From Ranitomeya imitator (lineage: Eukaryota), in contig NC_091284.1 in the NCBI RefSeq assembly GCF_032444005.1, positions 424,266,001 to 424,330,000 on the forward strand: a DNA stretch of 64,000 nt. The letters run 5' to 3'. Below, piece by piece: positions 24,366-39,636 of this stretch. Both the position numbers and the translations under genes were made by a program. Numbering within the stretch: the stretch's first letter is position 1; every line of letters starts with the position of its first letter. A model generated the notes under the pieces. It searched no databases. It was not told the DNA's origin and saw only the letters and a program-made list of their open reading frames with translations.

Positions 24366-25925
24366 GTCAGCACTAGATAGCAGAAAAGCCGGTAATTCAA
24401 TTGCCGGCTTTTCCTATCCCCTTGTCAAACCCGACATGATGAGACATGGTTTACATACAGTAAACCATCTCATATCCCTTTTATGCATATTCCTCACTAC
24501 TAATGTTAGTAGTGTGTATGTGCAAAATTTGGCCGCTCTAGCTATTAAAGGATTAAATCGCGGAAAAAAATTGGCGTGGGCTCCCGCGCAATTTACTCTG
24601 CCAGAAAAGTTCCCAGGCTCGAGTTCATATGAGGACATCCAGCAGAGGGTGCATCACCGCAACTCGAGGTAACTACAGGTCATTCACCTACATTCCATTC
24701 ATTCGCCGGGTTTTTATAGGCAGGGGCGGCTGCATTAGCAGGCTTCTGCTTATAAAATTAGTTAACCCTTTCAGATGGATTTACAGCGTGGGACGAGACT
24801 GATCGTTGGAAGGTATGGAATATTGTTGTTTGTTTTGTTTACATTTGTTCCAGGTGACAAGGGTCTTCAGGTGGATTACCAGTATAATAAAATATTACAA
24901 CAACCTGTGTATTTATTTCATTAAAATACTTTGTAATAATGTGTGTGTTTTTTTTAACCATTTCATACTACTGGATTAATAATGGATAGGTGTCATAATT
25001 GACGCCTCTCCATTATTAATGTGGCTTAACGTCACCTTACAATAGCAAGGTGACATTAACCCTTCATTACCCCATATCCCACCGCTACACGGGAATGGGA
25101 AGAGAGTGGCAAAGTGCCAGAATAGGGGCATATTCCAGATGTGCCTTTTCTGGGGTGGCTGGGGGCAGATGGTTTTAGCCAGGCCAATAACCATGGACCC
25201 TCTCCAGGCTATTAATATCTGCCCTCAGTCACTGGCTTTACCACTCTGGCGAAGAAAATTGCGCGGGAGACCACGCCAATTTTTTCCGCGATTTAACCCT
25301 TTAATTTAATAGCTAGAGTGCCCAAATTTTGCACATACACACTACTAACATTAGTAGTGTGGAATATGCAGAAAAAAAGGGATATGAGATGATTTACTGT
25401 ATGTAAACCATGTCTCATATCATGTCGGGTTTGTGAAGGAGATAGCAAAAGCCGGTAATTGAATTACCGGCTTTTCTCCTATCTAGCACTGTATGAAATA
25501 TTAATATATATACATATATGTGTCTCACTGACATATATATATATATAAATATATATATACCCCTATACTATGTGTAGACATTTATCTTAGCTATTCTAAC
25601 CTGTCAGGGTGATTTTACTGTACACCGCACTGAATTGCCGGCTTTTCTATAGAACACAGCTGCGTATTTCTCGCAAGTCACACTGCTGGTCCGTGTGTAA
25701 TCCGTAATTTTCTCGCCCCATAGACTTTCATTGGTGATTTTTTTGCGCAATACGGTGAAAAAACGCAGCATGCTGCGATTTTCTACGGCTGTAGAAGACC
25801 GTATAATACGGATCAGTAAAATATGGCAGATAAGAGCTGGGCCATAGAAAATCATTGTACCGTATGCAATCCGTATTTTCTGCACCTCTCATACGTCCGT
25901 AAAACTCGCTAGTGTGACGCCGGCC
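23542..25925. mobile_element. 2.4-kb non-autonomous Harbinger-type element
   Basis: Perfect 15-bp TIR GGCCGGCGTCACACT / AGTGTGACGCCGGCC with a TAA duplication. Removal restores the Tc1 sequence CAGCCTAATACTTG. Confidence 0.9.
23843..24336 (+). mobile_element. Solo-LTR-like element embedded in (TA)n
   Basis: Starts TGTAGCA and ends TGCTA(TA), near-inverted termini. Contains TATATAAG (~24092), AATAAA (~24257) and an internal (TA)n expansion. Confidence 0.5.
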
Positions 25926-26333
25926 TAATACTTGATTGCACAACCTTTAGCCAAAATAACTGCGACCAACCACTTCCGGTAACTATCAATGAGTTTCTTA
26001 CAATGCTTTGCTGGAATTTTAGACCATTCTTCTTTGGCAAACTGCTCCAGGTCCCTGATATTTGAAGGGTGCCTTCTCCAAACTGCCATTTTTAGATCTT
26101 TCCACAGGTGTTCTATGGGATTCAGGTCTGGACTCATTGCTGGCCACCTTAGAAGTCTCCAGTGCTTTCTCTCAAACCATTTTCTAGTGCTTTTTGAAGT
26201 GTGTTTTGGGTCATTGTCCTGCTGGAAGACCCATGACCTCTGAGGGACACCCAGCTTTCTCACACTGGGCCCTACATTATGCTGCAAAATTTGTTGGTAG
26301 TCTTCAGACTTCATAATGCCATGCACACGGTCA

Positions 26334-27451
<1,118 letters not shown>

Positions 27452-28479
27452 CTGTGAACTTTAAGTTGATGCCTTTGCTCAAAAAGCTCTACTTTTGTCT
27501 CATCTGACCAGAGAACATTCTTCCAAAACATTTTAGGCTTTTTCAGGAAAGTTTTGGCAAACTCCAGTCTGGCTTTTTTATGTCTCAGGGTAAGAAGTGG
27601 GGTCTTCCTGGGTCTCCTACCATACAGTCCCTTTTCATTCATAGGCCGATGGATAGTACGGGTTGACACTGTTGTACCCACGGACTGCAGTGCAGCTTGA
27701 ACTTGTTTGGATGTTAGTCGAGGTTCTTCATCCAACATCCGCGCAATCTTGCGTTGAAATTTCTTGTCAATTTTTCTTTTCCATCCACATCTAGGGAGGT
27801 TAGCCACAGTGCCATGGGCTTTAAACTTCTTGATGACAGTGCGCACGGTAGACACAGGAACATTCAGGTATTTGGAGATGGACTTGTAGCCTTGAGATTG
27901 CTCATGCTTCATCACAATTTGGTTTCTCAAGTCCTCAAGACAGTTCTTTGGTCTTCTTTCTTTTCTCCATGCTCAATGTGGTACACACAAGGACACAGGA
28001 CAGAGGTTGAGTCAACTTTAATCCATGTCAACTGGCTGCAAGTGTAATTTAGTTATTGCCAACACCAGTTAGGTGCCACAGGTAAGTTACAGATGCTGGT
28101 AATTACACAAATTAGAGAAGCATCACATGGTTTTTCAAACAGTGCCAATACTTTTGTCCATCTCCTTTTTTATCTTTGGTGTGGAAGTATATCCAATTTG
28201 GCTTTAGGACAATTATTTTTGTGTTTTTTCATTTAAGACCAATTAAATGAAGATAATAATAACAAAGAATTTGTGTTTGAAATCATTTTCAGGAAGAATC
28301 GGAGTATTATCTGACAGAATTGCAGGGGTGTCAATACTTTTGGCCACAAATGTATATACTGCGTGGCCTGTGTAACATACTACGTCTCTGTGCTATATAC
28401 TACGTGGGCTGTGCTATATACTACTATACACATTATAGAATACCCGTTGCATTAGAATAGGGCCACCATCTAGTGTATG

Positions 28480-28505
28480 TATATATACACACACACACTG
28501 TCAGT

Positions 28506-28545
<40 letters not shown>

Positions 28546-29598
28546 ATACAGAGCTAGATAGCAGAAAAGCCGGTAATTAAATTGCTGGCTTTTGCTATCT
28601 CCTTCTCAAACCCAACAGAATATGAGACATGGTTTTCATACAGTAAACCATTTCATATTTATTATATTTTTATATATTCCCCACTACTTTTAGAAGTGTC
28701 TGTGTGCAAAATTTAGTAGCTCTAGGTGTTAAAATAAAGGGTTAAATCATGGAAAAAACTGGGGTGGGCTCCCACGCAATTTTCTTCGCCATAGTGGGAA
28801 AGCCAGTGACTGAAGGCAGATATTAATAGCCTAGAGAGGGACCATGGTTATTGCCCCCCGGCTAAAAACATCTGCCCCCAGCCACCCCAGAAAAGGCGCA
28901 TCTTACAGATGCGCCTATTCTGGCTCTTAGCTACTCTCTTCCCACTCCCGATCAGCGGTGGGATATGGGATAATAAAGGGTTAATGTCACCTTGCTAATG
29001 TAAGGTGACATTAAGCCTGGTTAATAATGGAGAGATGTCAATAAGACACCTATCCATTATTAATGAAAGAGTAATAAAGGGTTAAAAACACACATTAGGA
29101 GGCTCCTGGTTGTAAAATTATTTAACCTCTTCAGATGGATTTACATCTTGGGACATGACTGTACAGCAGACAGGTAAGGGATATTGTTGCTTTTTTATTT
29201 TCCCTTTTTTTCAGATGACAAGGGTCGTTAGTTGGATTGAGCGTACAATAAAGATATTAAAACCGCATGTGTATTTATTTCATTAAAATACTTTATTCAT
29301 AATGTGTGTTTTTAACCCTTTATTACTATTGGATTAATAATGGATAGGCGTCTTATTGACATCTCTCCATTATTAACAAGGCTTAATGTCACCTTACATT
29401 AGCAAGGTGACATTGACCCTTTATTACCCCATATCCCACCTCTACTTGGGAGTGGGAAGAGAGTGGCTAAGTGCCAGAATAGGCGCTTCTTACAGATGCA
29501 CCTTTTCTGGGGTGGCTGTGGGCAGATGTTTTTAGCCAGGGGGGGGCAATGATCATGGTCCCTGTCTAGGCTATATATGTGTGTGTGTGTCAATGACA

Positions 29599-29663
<65 letters not shown>

Positions 29664-31650
29664 TACATACATACAGTACAGACCAAAAATTTGGACACAC
29701 CTCATTTAAAGATTTTTCTGTATTTTCCGGACTATGAAAATTGTACATTCACACTGAAGGCATCAAAACTATGAATTAACACATGTGGAATTATATACTT
29801 AACAAAAAAGTGTGAAACAACTGAAATTATGTCTTATAATCTAGGTTCATCAAAGTAGCCACCTTTTGCTTTGATGACTGCTTTGCATACTCTTGGCATT
29901 CTCTTGATGAGCTTCAAGAGGTAGTCACCGGGAATGGTCTTCCAACAATCTTGAAGGAGTTCCCAGAGATGCTTAGCACTTGTTGGCCCTTTTGCTTTCA
30001 CTCTGCGGTCCAGCTCACCCCAAAACATCTCGATTGGGCTCAGGTCTGGTGACTGTGGAGGCCAGGTCATCTGTTGTAGCACCCCATCATTCTCCTTCTT
30101 GGTCAAATAGCCCTTACACAGCCTGGAGGTGTGTTTGGGGTCATTGGCCTGTTGAAAAATAAATGATGGTCCAACTAAACGCAAACCGGATAGAATAGCA
30201 TGCCGCTGCAAGATACTGTGGTAGCCATGCTGGTTCAGTATGCCTTCAATTTTGAATAAATCCCCAACAGTGTCATCAACAAAGCACCCCCACACCATCA
30301 CACCTCCTCCTCAATGCTTCACGGTGGGAACCAGCCATGTAGAGTCTAACCATTCACCTTTTCTGCGTCGCAAAAAGACACGGTGGTTGGAACCAAAGAT
30401 CTCAAATTTGGACTCATCAGACCAAAGCACAGATTTCCACTGGTCTAATGTCAATTCCTTGTGTTCTTTAACCCAAACAAGTCTCTTCTGCTTGTTGCCT
30501 GTCCTTAGCAGTGGTTTCCAAGCAGCTATATTACCATGAAGGCCTGCTGCACAAAGTCTCCTCTAAACAGTTGTTGTAGATGTGTGTCTGCTGCTAGATC
30601 TCTGAGTGGCATTGACCTGGTCTCTAATTTGAGCTGCTGGTAAACCTGCGATTTCTGAGGCTGGTGACAAGGAAAAATGTATCATCAGAAGAAGAGGTGA
30701 CTCTTGGTCTTCCTTTCCTGGGGCGGTCCTCATGAGAGCCAGTTTCTTTGTAGCGCTTACTGGTTTTTGCCACTGCACTTGAGGACACTTTCAAAGTTTT
30801 CCCAATTTTTCGGACTGACTGACCTTCATTTCTTAAAGTAATGATGGCCACTCGTTTTTCTTTACTTAGAATTTGTATTATGGCAAGAAAAAAGCAGCTA
30901 ACAGTCTATTCAGTAGGACTATCATCTGTGTATCCACCAGACTTCTGCACAACACAACTGATTGTCCCAAGCCCATTTATAAGGCAAGAAATCCCACTTA
31001 TTAAATCTGACAGGGCACACCTGTGAAGTGAAAACCATTCCCGGTGACTACCTCATAAAGCTCATCAAGAGAATGCCAAGAGTGTCCAAAGCAGTCATCA
31101 AAGCAAAAGGTGGCTACATTGAAGAACCTAGAATATAAGACATAATTTCAGTGGTTTCACACTTTATTGTTAAGTATATAATTCCACTTGTGTTAATTCA
31201 TAGTTTTGATGCCTTCAGTGTGAATGTACAATTTTCATAGTCATGAAAATTCAGAAAAATCTATCAATGAGAAGGGGTGTCCAAACTTTTGGTATGTACT
31301 GTATATACAGTATATATACCTATTCTATGTGTAGATATTTATGTTATCTACTCTATTCTAACCTGTGTGATTTTACTGTACACCGCACTGAATTACCGGC
31401 TTTGCTATAGAACACCTGTGCGTATTTCTCGCAAGTCACATGCATGGTCCGTGTGTAATCCGTATTTTTCTCGCCCCATAGACTTTCATTGGCGGATATT
31501 TTGTGCAATACGCTGACAAATGCAGCATGCTGCGATTTTCTCAGCCCCTAAAATATGGCCGAGAAATATATGGCTGATGGAAGCTGCCCCATAGAGAAAC
31601 ATTGGTCCGTGTGCAATGCGTTGTTTTTGCGCCTCTCATACGTCCGTATT
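28480..31650. mobile_element. Second, terminus-less copy of the 23542-25925 family, interrupted by a Tc1
   Basis: 28550-29570 resembles 24366-25200, and 31310-31650 resembles 25560-25900. Confidence 0.65.
29674..31301 (-). mobile_element. Tc1 transposon (1.63 kb, transposase disrupted)
   Basis: TA|CAGTACAGACCAAAA...TTTTGGTATGTACTG|TA with ~200-bp TIRs. ORFs 29834-30301 (MVWGCF...PDLSPIE) and 30624-30851. Confidence 0.92.
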
Positions 31651-33072
31651 CTCCACAAGAGAAACTTTACTCTTTGCACCACCGGAGTGAAACCAGAAAA
31701 AAAAAAAAAAAAAATACATTAAAATTAATAGTTCAAATTTTATGGTGGAAAAAAAGGACACACAAATAAGGTGCCACATTGACCCGATCTGTATCTGCAG
31801 TTCCCTTTGTTGATATAAAGGTGCAGCTAAACTTTAATGGCAGACATTTTACAGGAAGGTACAAAGCAATTTTAAAAGATAAGCAGCATGCATCAGAATA
31901 GAATGATCATAGCAGAGATACAATTATAGAAACATGGTAGCCACGATAGCTAGGCTACAATTGTAAGGAAAGCAGCAGTGCACTAGCATACAATAAATCT
32001 TTCTACTGTCTGTCAGCTCACAATGTGACATTTTGGCAAAACAGTATAAACACTTTCTGGCTGATATTCCTCCATAAAGATTTACGAGGCCGACGGCTCC
32101 TGCAGTTCAGATTAGGTTCTTGGTTGATAAGTTAGGGAAGCCAAAAAACGCTTCGCTCATTCAGGAAACATTTCCAAAATGTCTAACAATATAATTAATG
32201 TTGTCCGCTTCTTCTTCCATTTACCAAGGTATCCAGTATAAAAGAGGAAATGGAATAAAAGCAAAATAAAAGCCACTTTTGTAGAGCAGTTTTATATTAC
32301 AAGGATATGTAAGGCTGGAATCACACCTGCAGTTCTTGGTACAGTTAGTGTTGCAGTTTTTCGAACCAAACACACGAATGAATAAAAAGAAAGGAGAGGC
32401 ATCAGTCCTTTCAGATGCATCAAAACCTGCATGTATGTAATTCCAGCCCAAAATGTGTTAAATCTACTTTATGTTCCAGGCTTGTGTACGAAACTTAGGG
32501 AATCGTGCTTCATTGTTGACAGCTCTACCTACTTTTATTGGGTACACAAAGAGCGCTCTACATGAGACATCTGAGGCAAAGCCATTGCTCTGATATCCCC
32601 TATACACATGAACTTCAGCTCAGTCACATATTCCTGCGATTTCAATGAGAAAAAGCTCTGCCAGACACCTCCGAATTTTCTGAGACTAAAAGGATTGGGT
32701 GTTTAAATATAAACTGGCGATCCTGCTCACCCCATCATCAGACATGAGATTGGCGAGTTCAGACAACATTACCTACTTCTGTAACAAAACAGACTTGAAA
32801 CATTCAGGCAGTCCACACTTAGATCAAGTTCACACATTGAGTACTTGGTCAGTATTTTACGTGTTTGTAAAGCAAAATCAGGATTCGACCTAACAGAGGA
32901 AAAGTGTAATAGAAACACGTCACCACTTCTGCATTTGATCAGTATAAGCCAAAACCAGGAGCGGGTGAAAAATACAGAAGTTGTAACGTGTTTCGATTAT
33001 ACTTTTCCACTGACTGCTCCTCTCCTGTTTTGGCTTACAAATACTGAAGTAAAATATTTTTATTATTATTTA

Positions 33073-34800
33073 CTAGCTGAAGAGCCTGGCGTTGCCTGGG
33101 CATAGTAAATAACTGTGGTTAGTTATAGCACCTCACTTCTCTCATTTTCCCCCTCACGCCTCTCATTTTCCCCCTCACATCTCTCATTTTCTCCCTTACA
33201 CCTCTCATTTTCCCCCTCACTCCTCTCATTCCCCCCTAACACTTGTCATTTCGACCTCACATCTGTCATTTTCCGATCACTCCACTATTTTCCCTCACTC
33301 CTCTCATTTTGCACTCACACTTTTTCATTTTCACCTCACACCTCTCATTTTCCCCTCTATATATAAATGTTTGTCATCACCCTTATATATAGTATACACC
33401 TGTATGTCATCTCCCCTGTAAATAGTATATACCTGCTGTATGTCATCTCCTCCTATATATAGCATATACCTGTATGTCATCTCCTGTATATAGTATATAC
33501 CTGTATGTCATCTCCCCTGTATATAGTATATACCTGCTGTATGTCATCTCCTCCTCTATATACCTATGTGTCATCTCCTCTTTTATATAGTATATACCTG
33601 TATGTCATCTCCTCCTGTATATAATATATACGTGTGTCATCTCCTCCTGTATATAGTATATACCTGTGTGTCATCTCTCTTGTATATAGTATATATATGT
33701 ATCTCATCTCCTCCTGTATTAGACCTCGTTCACATGTTATTTGGTCAGTATTTTTACCTCAGTATTTGTAAGCTAAATTGGCAGCCTGATACATCCCCAG
33801 CCAACAGGAAGCCCTCCCCCCTGTCAGTATATATTAGGCAGTATATATTAGTTCATACATACACATAATAGACAAGTCATGTGACTGACAGCTGCTGTAT
33901 TTCCTATATGGTACATTTGTTGCTCTTGTAGTTTGTCTGCTTATTAATCAGATTTTTATTTTTGAAGGATAATACCAGAGATGTGTGTGTTTTAAGGCGA
34001 GTTTCATGTGTCAAGCTTTTGTGAGATGAGTTTTGTGTGGTGACACGCGTGTAGCAACTTTTTCTGTGTCGAGTTGCATGTGACAGGTTAGTGTAGCAAG
34101 TTGTGTGCAGCAAGTTTTGCGCGTGGCGAGTTTTATGTGTGGTGTGTTTTGCGTATGTGCAAGTTTTGTGTGAGGCAACTTTTGCATGTGTTGCAACTTT
34201 TGTGCATGTGGCAATTTTTCCACGTGTGCAAGTTTTGCGTGTGGCGAGTTTTCCATGAGGTGAGTTTTGCACGTGTCGGAGTTTTGCGTGAGCCTAGTTT
34301 TGCATGTGGCGAGTTTTGAGCGTCGACTTTTGTGTTTCGACTTTTATGTGGCGAGGTTGGTGTATGTGTGGTGAAATGTGTGCTCAGTGTGGTATATGTG
34401 TTCAAGCACGTGGTAGTGTGTGGCGCATTTTGTGTGTGTGTTCATATCCCCGTGTGTGGTGAGTATCCCATGTCGGGGCCCCACCTTAGCAACTGTACGG
34501 TATATACTCTTTGGCACCATCGCTCTCATTCTTTTAGTCCCCCTTGTTCACATCTGGTAGCTGTCAATTTGCCTCCAACACTTTTCCTTTCACTTTTTCC
34601 CCATTATGTAGATAGGGGCAAAATTGTTTGGTGAATTGGAACGCGCTGGGTTAAAATTTCGCCTCACAACATAGCCTATGACGCTCTCGGGGTCCAGACG
34701 TGTGACTGTGCAAAATTTTGTGGCTGTAGCTGCGACGGTGCAGATGCCAATCCCGGACATACACACACACACACACACACATTCAGCTTTATATATTAGA
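33073..34800 (-). mobile_element. Non-autonomous Helitron 3 with three internal minisatellites
   Basis: Minus strand reads A|TCTAATATATAAAGCTG...CCCAGGCAACGCCAGGCTCTTCAGCTAG|T: 5' TC, 3' hairpin plus CTAG, inserted between A and T. Confidence 0.88.
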
Positions 34801-34915
34801 TTATTATAGCGCAATTTATTCCATGGCGCTTTACATGTGAGGAGGGGTATACATTATAAAAACAAGTAGAATAATCTTAAACAATACAAGTCACAACTGA
34901 TACAGTAGGAGAGAT
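34801..34915 (-). mobile_element. L2/CR1-clade LINE 3' end
   Basis: (TTA)n-TAGCGCAATTTATTCCATGGCGCTTTACA motif; same family as 46255-46432. Confidence 0.6.
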
Positions 34916-36674
34916 CAAATACTGAACGTGGCCTTACTCTTTACTGACATTCTCAAAACATCAATGCAGAGTAGGCAGCTTGCAGGAGATTGCGCAGATG
35001 CAGAGGTAGGGAGCCGGCTGTCAGACACAGCCGAATTCTAACAGAGTAGGCAAACATGATTTATTATAAGCCTTGAACAGACTTCTTCCAAAGCCAGTGA
35101 TCATATCAGTGCTGGATGTAGGGAGAGCGTGGGAGTTTGCTGGGTCCCACGACACTCAGCCAGGAGTTTCCAAGTAAGTGGCGCTAATTACCCCATACAC
35201 CAATTATATGGGAAATCAACAATAAAAATATTGTATTAATATATTCAAATGCCCTCAAAGAGGGTTTTCAAGACGTTAAGGGAGGCACAATAAAGAAAAT
35301 AAATTTTAAAAAAGCAATGAAAAACAAAAAAAACAACACTAATGCAAATCACTGTTTATTGCTCTGTCCCTGTAGATAAAAAAAATGCAAAAAGATATAT
35401 AAAAATAACAAGTAACAATTTAAATTTCTTCGTGTTTGGGTCATAAAGTGGTAGGAAATACTTTTCTATTTTTCTTTATATTTTTCCTAGAAATCATCAA
35501 AAAAAAAGTATGGAAATAAAAAGGACATAAAAATTAAGCCCTGCTCACAAAAAAAAAAAGAAAATTATTTGAATATAAGAATGAGTAGACAAACTGCTAA
35601 ATAAAAAAAAATGCAAACAGTTATTGTACAGTATTTATTGTACAGGATCCACCACCTCACTCCCGTAGTCATTTTTAGTCTACATTTAGGATACCACAAT
35701 AGACACATCATTCATATACGGTATATTATCCAGCTGAAAATGATATTCTAAAATGTGTTAAAAGTCCCCAAATGGATAAGTGCAGTAAAGGACCATATAT
35801 AATTACCTGTTTTATGCCATCTATAGAATAATACATGTCAAATGCGGGTAAGGTACATAGCTAGGTCTAACCCCTGTCTACTTTGATCCTAAACTCACCA
35901 TTAACTCAAACCAGAATATTATGAAAATGAGTCTCTAACCTAGAGAACCTCAAATGCCATTCTAGGCTCAGGAGAAACATAAAATATTAAATTAAACAAT
36001 ATATTTAAACTTTACATGCACTTTGAACTTTTTCAGAGGCATCGGTATCGTCATGCACTCATAGGTTCACATTAAATTTCTATCTTGTTCAGAAAAGCAT
36101 TGTAAAAAAAAAAAAAAAAAAAAAAACATTGCAGGTTAAAGTTTTATTCCCAACATTAAAAACTTGTCACCTACCGATAGGGTGAGTGATAAATTTGCAA
36201 ATGGTGGAAGCCCAACCACTAGGACCCCCATTGACCCCAAGAATGCATCACTAAAATGACCATCAGGATGCCCAAATACTCATGTAGCCATTGAGGCAGG
36301 GTGTATAATTGAGCCTCTTGGCGTTTTGGTAATATTTGCACATCGTATTACTGCAGGTTTGCTGGAACTGTATGCACTGGTATATGATGCCCTTGTATAC
36401 AGGACGATTACTAAAGTCATGTGATCTTTCACGGTGCATTTTTCGGAGATTGGTAAGGTATTCTGGACTGGGGTGCCGTCCCCTTGTTTTCTGATCACCT
36501 ATAAGCGGTATTATTCTTTCACATGTTTTACTTTTAATGTCTGGATTAACAAAGAATTCTGGAATCATCTATTGTTGAGGCTCTACATCATTGGTTAAAT
36601 ATAAACATCTTAAAAAAACAAGTATCTATTTGGCTCTAAAACTGCCACAAAATGGCTTTTGTGTTTTCATTCTA

Positions 36675-37412
36675 AAGGTACCTTCACACATAATGATATC
36701 GTTAACGATATCGTTGCTTTTGGTGACGTTGCAACGATATCGTTAAGGAAATCGCTATGTGTGACAGCGACCAACGATCAGGCCCCTGCTGGGAGATTGT
36801 TGGTCGCTGAGGAAAGTCCAGAACTTTATTTTATCGCTGGACTCCCTGCTGACATCGCTGGATCGGCGTGTGTGACACCAATCCAGCGATGTCTTCGCTG
36901 GTAACCAGGGTAAACATCGGGTAACTAAGCGCAGGGCCGCGCTTAGTAACCCGATGTTTACCCTGGTTACCAGCGTAAAAGTAAAAAAAACAAACACTAC
37001 ATAATTACCTACCGCTGTCTGTCCCCGGCGCTCTGCTCTGCACTCCTCCTGTACTGGCTGTGAGCGTCGGTCAGCCGGAAAGCAGAGCGGTGACGTCACC
37101 GCTCTGCTTTCCGGCCGCTGTGCTCACAGCCAGTAAAGGAGGAGTGCAGAGAAGCAGAGCGCCGGGGACAGACAGCGGTAGGTAAGTATGTAGTGTTTGT
37201 TTTTTTTTACTTTTAGGATGGTAACCAGGGTAAACATCGGGTTACTAAGCGCGGCCCTGCGCTTAGTTACCCGATGTTTACCCTGGTTACCGGCATCGTT
37301 GGTCGCTGGAGAGCTGTCTGTGTGACAGCTCTCCAGCGACCAAACAGCGACGCTGCAGCGATCCGGATCGTTGTCGGTATCGCTGCAGCGTCGCTTAATG
37401 TGAAGGGGCCTT
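36675..37412. mobile_element. Palindromic MITE (GGTAACCAGGGTAAACATCGGG family), copy 1
   Basis: TA|AAGGTACCTTCACA...TGTGAAGGGGCCTT|TA, with two internal hairpins and a central palindrome. Confidence 0.85.
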
Positions 37413-38514
37413 TAGACAGGAATAGATACTAAAGAATTAGACATTGATAAGATAACATCTTATCCGAGTATGTTCACTCAATACTAACTACCAGCCATGA
37501 AGCGAAAAAGGATTGAATAAAAATAAACAACTTTTAAACATTGTTAATTTTTCTCTGTACTCCTTTAAATATTCTCCATGAGCACAGATTTTTCAATCTA
37601 CACAAAAACTATATTTTTAACCATTCTAGGTATTTTTCCCCTCAATTAAACCTACACATTTTATGCTTTATAATCAGAACTTTTCAGAAGTGTTACCCAT
37701 AAGTAGTAGAGAAAGTCCTTAGTTACTGGATGCATTCTGCCAGATAAAATTGTTAAGCGAGCGACATATGAGCCATGTATTGCATCCAATGTTTCCAGTC
37801 ATTTTTCAAAGCGTGAGTGGAAAACGTAGCCTAAGAGCAGACATATGTCAGTGTCTGCCAGCTAATAAAATGTTAGGAGTATCAACGCCCAATAACTGGA
37901 GACTATTGCTCAGATACTGTTTGAACCCTCGGGGATATCCCCCACCCCCACCTTTCATGGTGCACTGCTCAGCCTGCAGATAAAGTTCACTCTACAGAAT
38001 TCACTAATATTTATAACCGATTAGATGGGCTAAACATTACATACATTCAGGTTATACTAAAGCTAATACTAAAAATAAGCAAAAAAAAAAAACTATTTAA
38101 TTTAGTGTAGGACTCGTTAGCGTGGGGACCCTTGGCGTGGGTTACGAGCTTACGTATTTTGGCCAACATATCAACCAATACCTCACTATTTTTTGCATAT
38201 TTTTTGCACTATATTTTTCGGGGGTGCAGCCAAGCCCAAACACTTTCGGTCTCACATGAGGGGTGTTCGCACATATCCCAAGGGAATTCTCAGCTAATGG
38301 CTAGTGGGGAAAAAAAAAATTCAAAAGCCTAATCATCCACAGTGGCTACAAAGGACCGGAGTCACTCTGGAAGACATCAACCCTTCTGGGTTTTAAATAG
38401 AAAATGTGTAATGTCTTACTTTTCAAATGGTGGTTTCACAAGGAGATTAAACTCAAGATTAAATCAATGCAGTGCCTTAAAATACTTAACAGTCAATGGA
38501 ACCCTCCAAGACTA

Positions 38515-39239
38515 AAGGTACTGTCGCACTAGACGATATCGCTAGCGATCCGTGACGTTGCAGCGTCCTCGCTAGCGATATCGTCCAGTGTGACAGGCAG
38601 CAGCGATCAGGCCCCTGCTGGGAGATCGCTGGTCGGGGAAGAAAGGCCAGAACTTTATTTCGTCGCTGGACTCCCGCTGACATCGCTGAATCGGCGTGTG
38701 TGACACCGATTCAGCGATGTCTTCGCTGGTAACCAGGGTAAACATCGGGTAACTAAGCGCAGGGCCGCGCTTAGTAACCCGATGTTTACCCTGGTTACCA
38801 TCCTAAAAGTAAAAAAACAAACACTACATACTTACCTAACGCTGTCTGTCCTCCAGCGCTGTGCTCTGCTCTCCTCCTGCTCTGGCTGTGAGCGTCGGTC
38901 AGCCGGAAAGCAGAGCGGTGACGTCACCGCTCTGCTTTCTGGCTGCCCGGCGCTCACACCCAGACCAGAGAAGCAGAGCGCCGAGGACAGACAGCGGAAG
39001 GTAAGTATGTAGCGTTTGTTTTTTTACTTTTTAGGATGGTAACCAGGGTAAACATCGGGTTACTAAGCGCGGCCCTGCGCTTAGTTACCCGATGTTTACC
39101 CTGGTTACCGGAGACCTCGGGATCGTTGGTCGCTGGAGAGCTGTCTGTGTGACAGCTCTCCAGCGACCAAACAGCGACGCTGCAGCGATCCGGATCGTTG
39201 TCGGTATCGCTGCAGCGTCGCTATGTGTGACGGTACCTT
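38515..39239. mobile_element. Palindromic MITE, copy 2
   Basis: TA|AAGGTACTGTCGCAC...GTGTGACGGTACCTT|TA. Confidence 0.85.
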
Positions 39240-39241
39240 TA

Positions 39242-39636
39242 AGGTACCTTCACACTGAGCAACTTTTCAACGAGAACGACAACGATCCATGACGTTGCAG
39301 CGTCCTGGATAGCGATCTCATTGTGTTTGACATGCAGCAGCGATCAGGATCCTGCTGTGACATCGCTGGTCGTAGCTGAAAGTCCAGCACTTTATTTTGT
39401 CGTCAGGTCGGCGTGATTCGTCATGTTTGACAGCAAAAGCAATGATGCCTGCAATGTTTTTTCACGGAGCTAACAACCAGCGAGAACGATAAGTACGTCA
39501 CTAGATCGCTCCTGCATCGTTCTGGAGTTGCTGTGTTTGACATCTCTACAGCGACCTAACAGCGACGCTCCAGCGATCTAGTTTAGGTCAGATCGTTGTC
39601 TATATCACGGGAGCGTCACTAAATGTGACGGTACCT
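39242..39636. mobile_element. Short related MITE directly abutting copy 2
   Basis: TA|AGGTACCTTCACAC...ATGTGACGGTACCT|TA; lacks the central hairpins. Confidence 0.8.
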
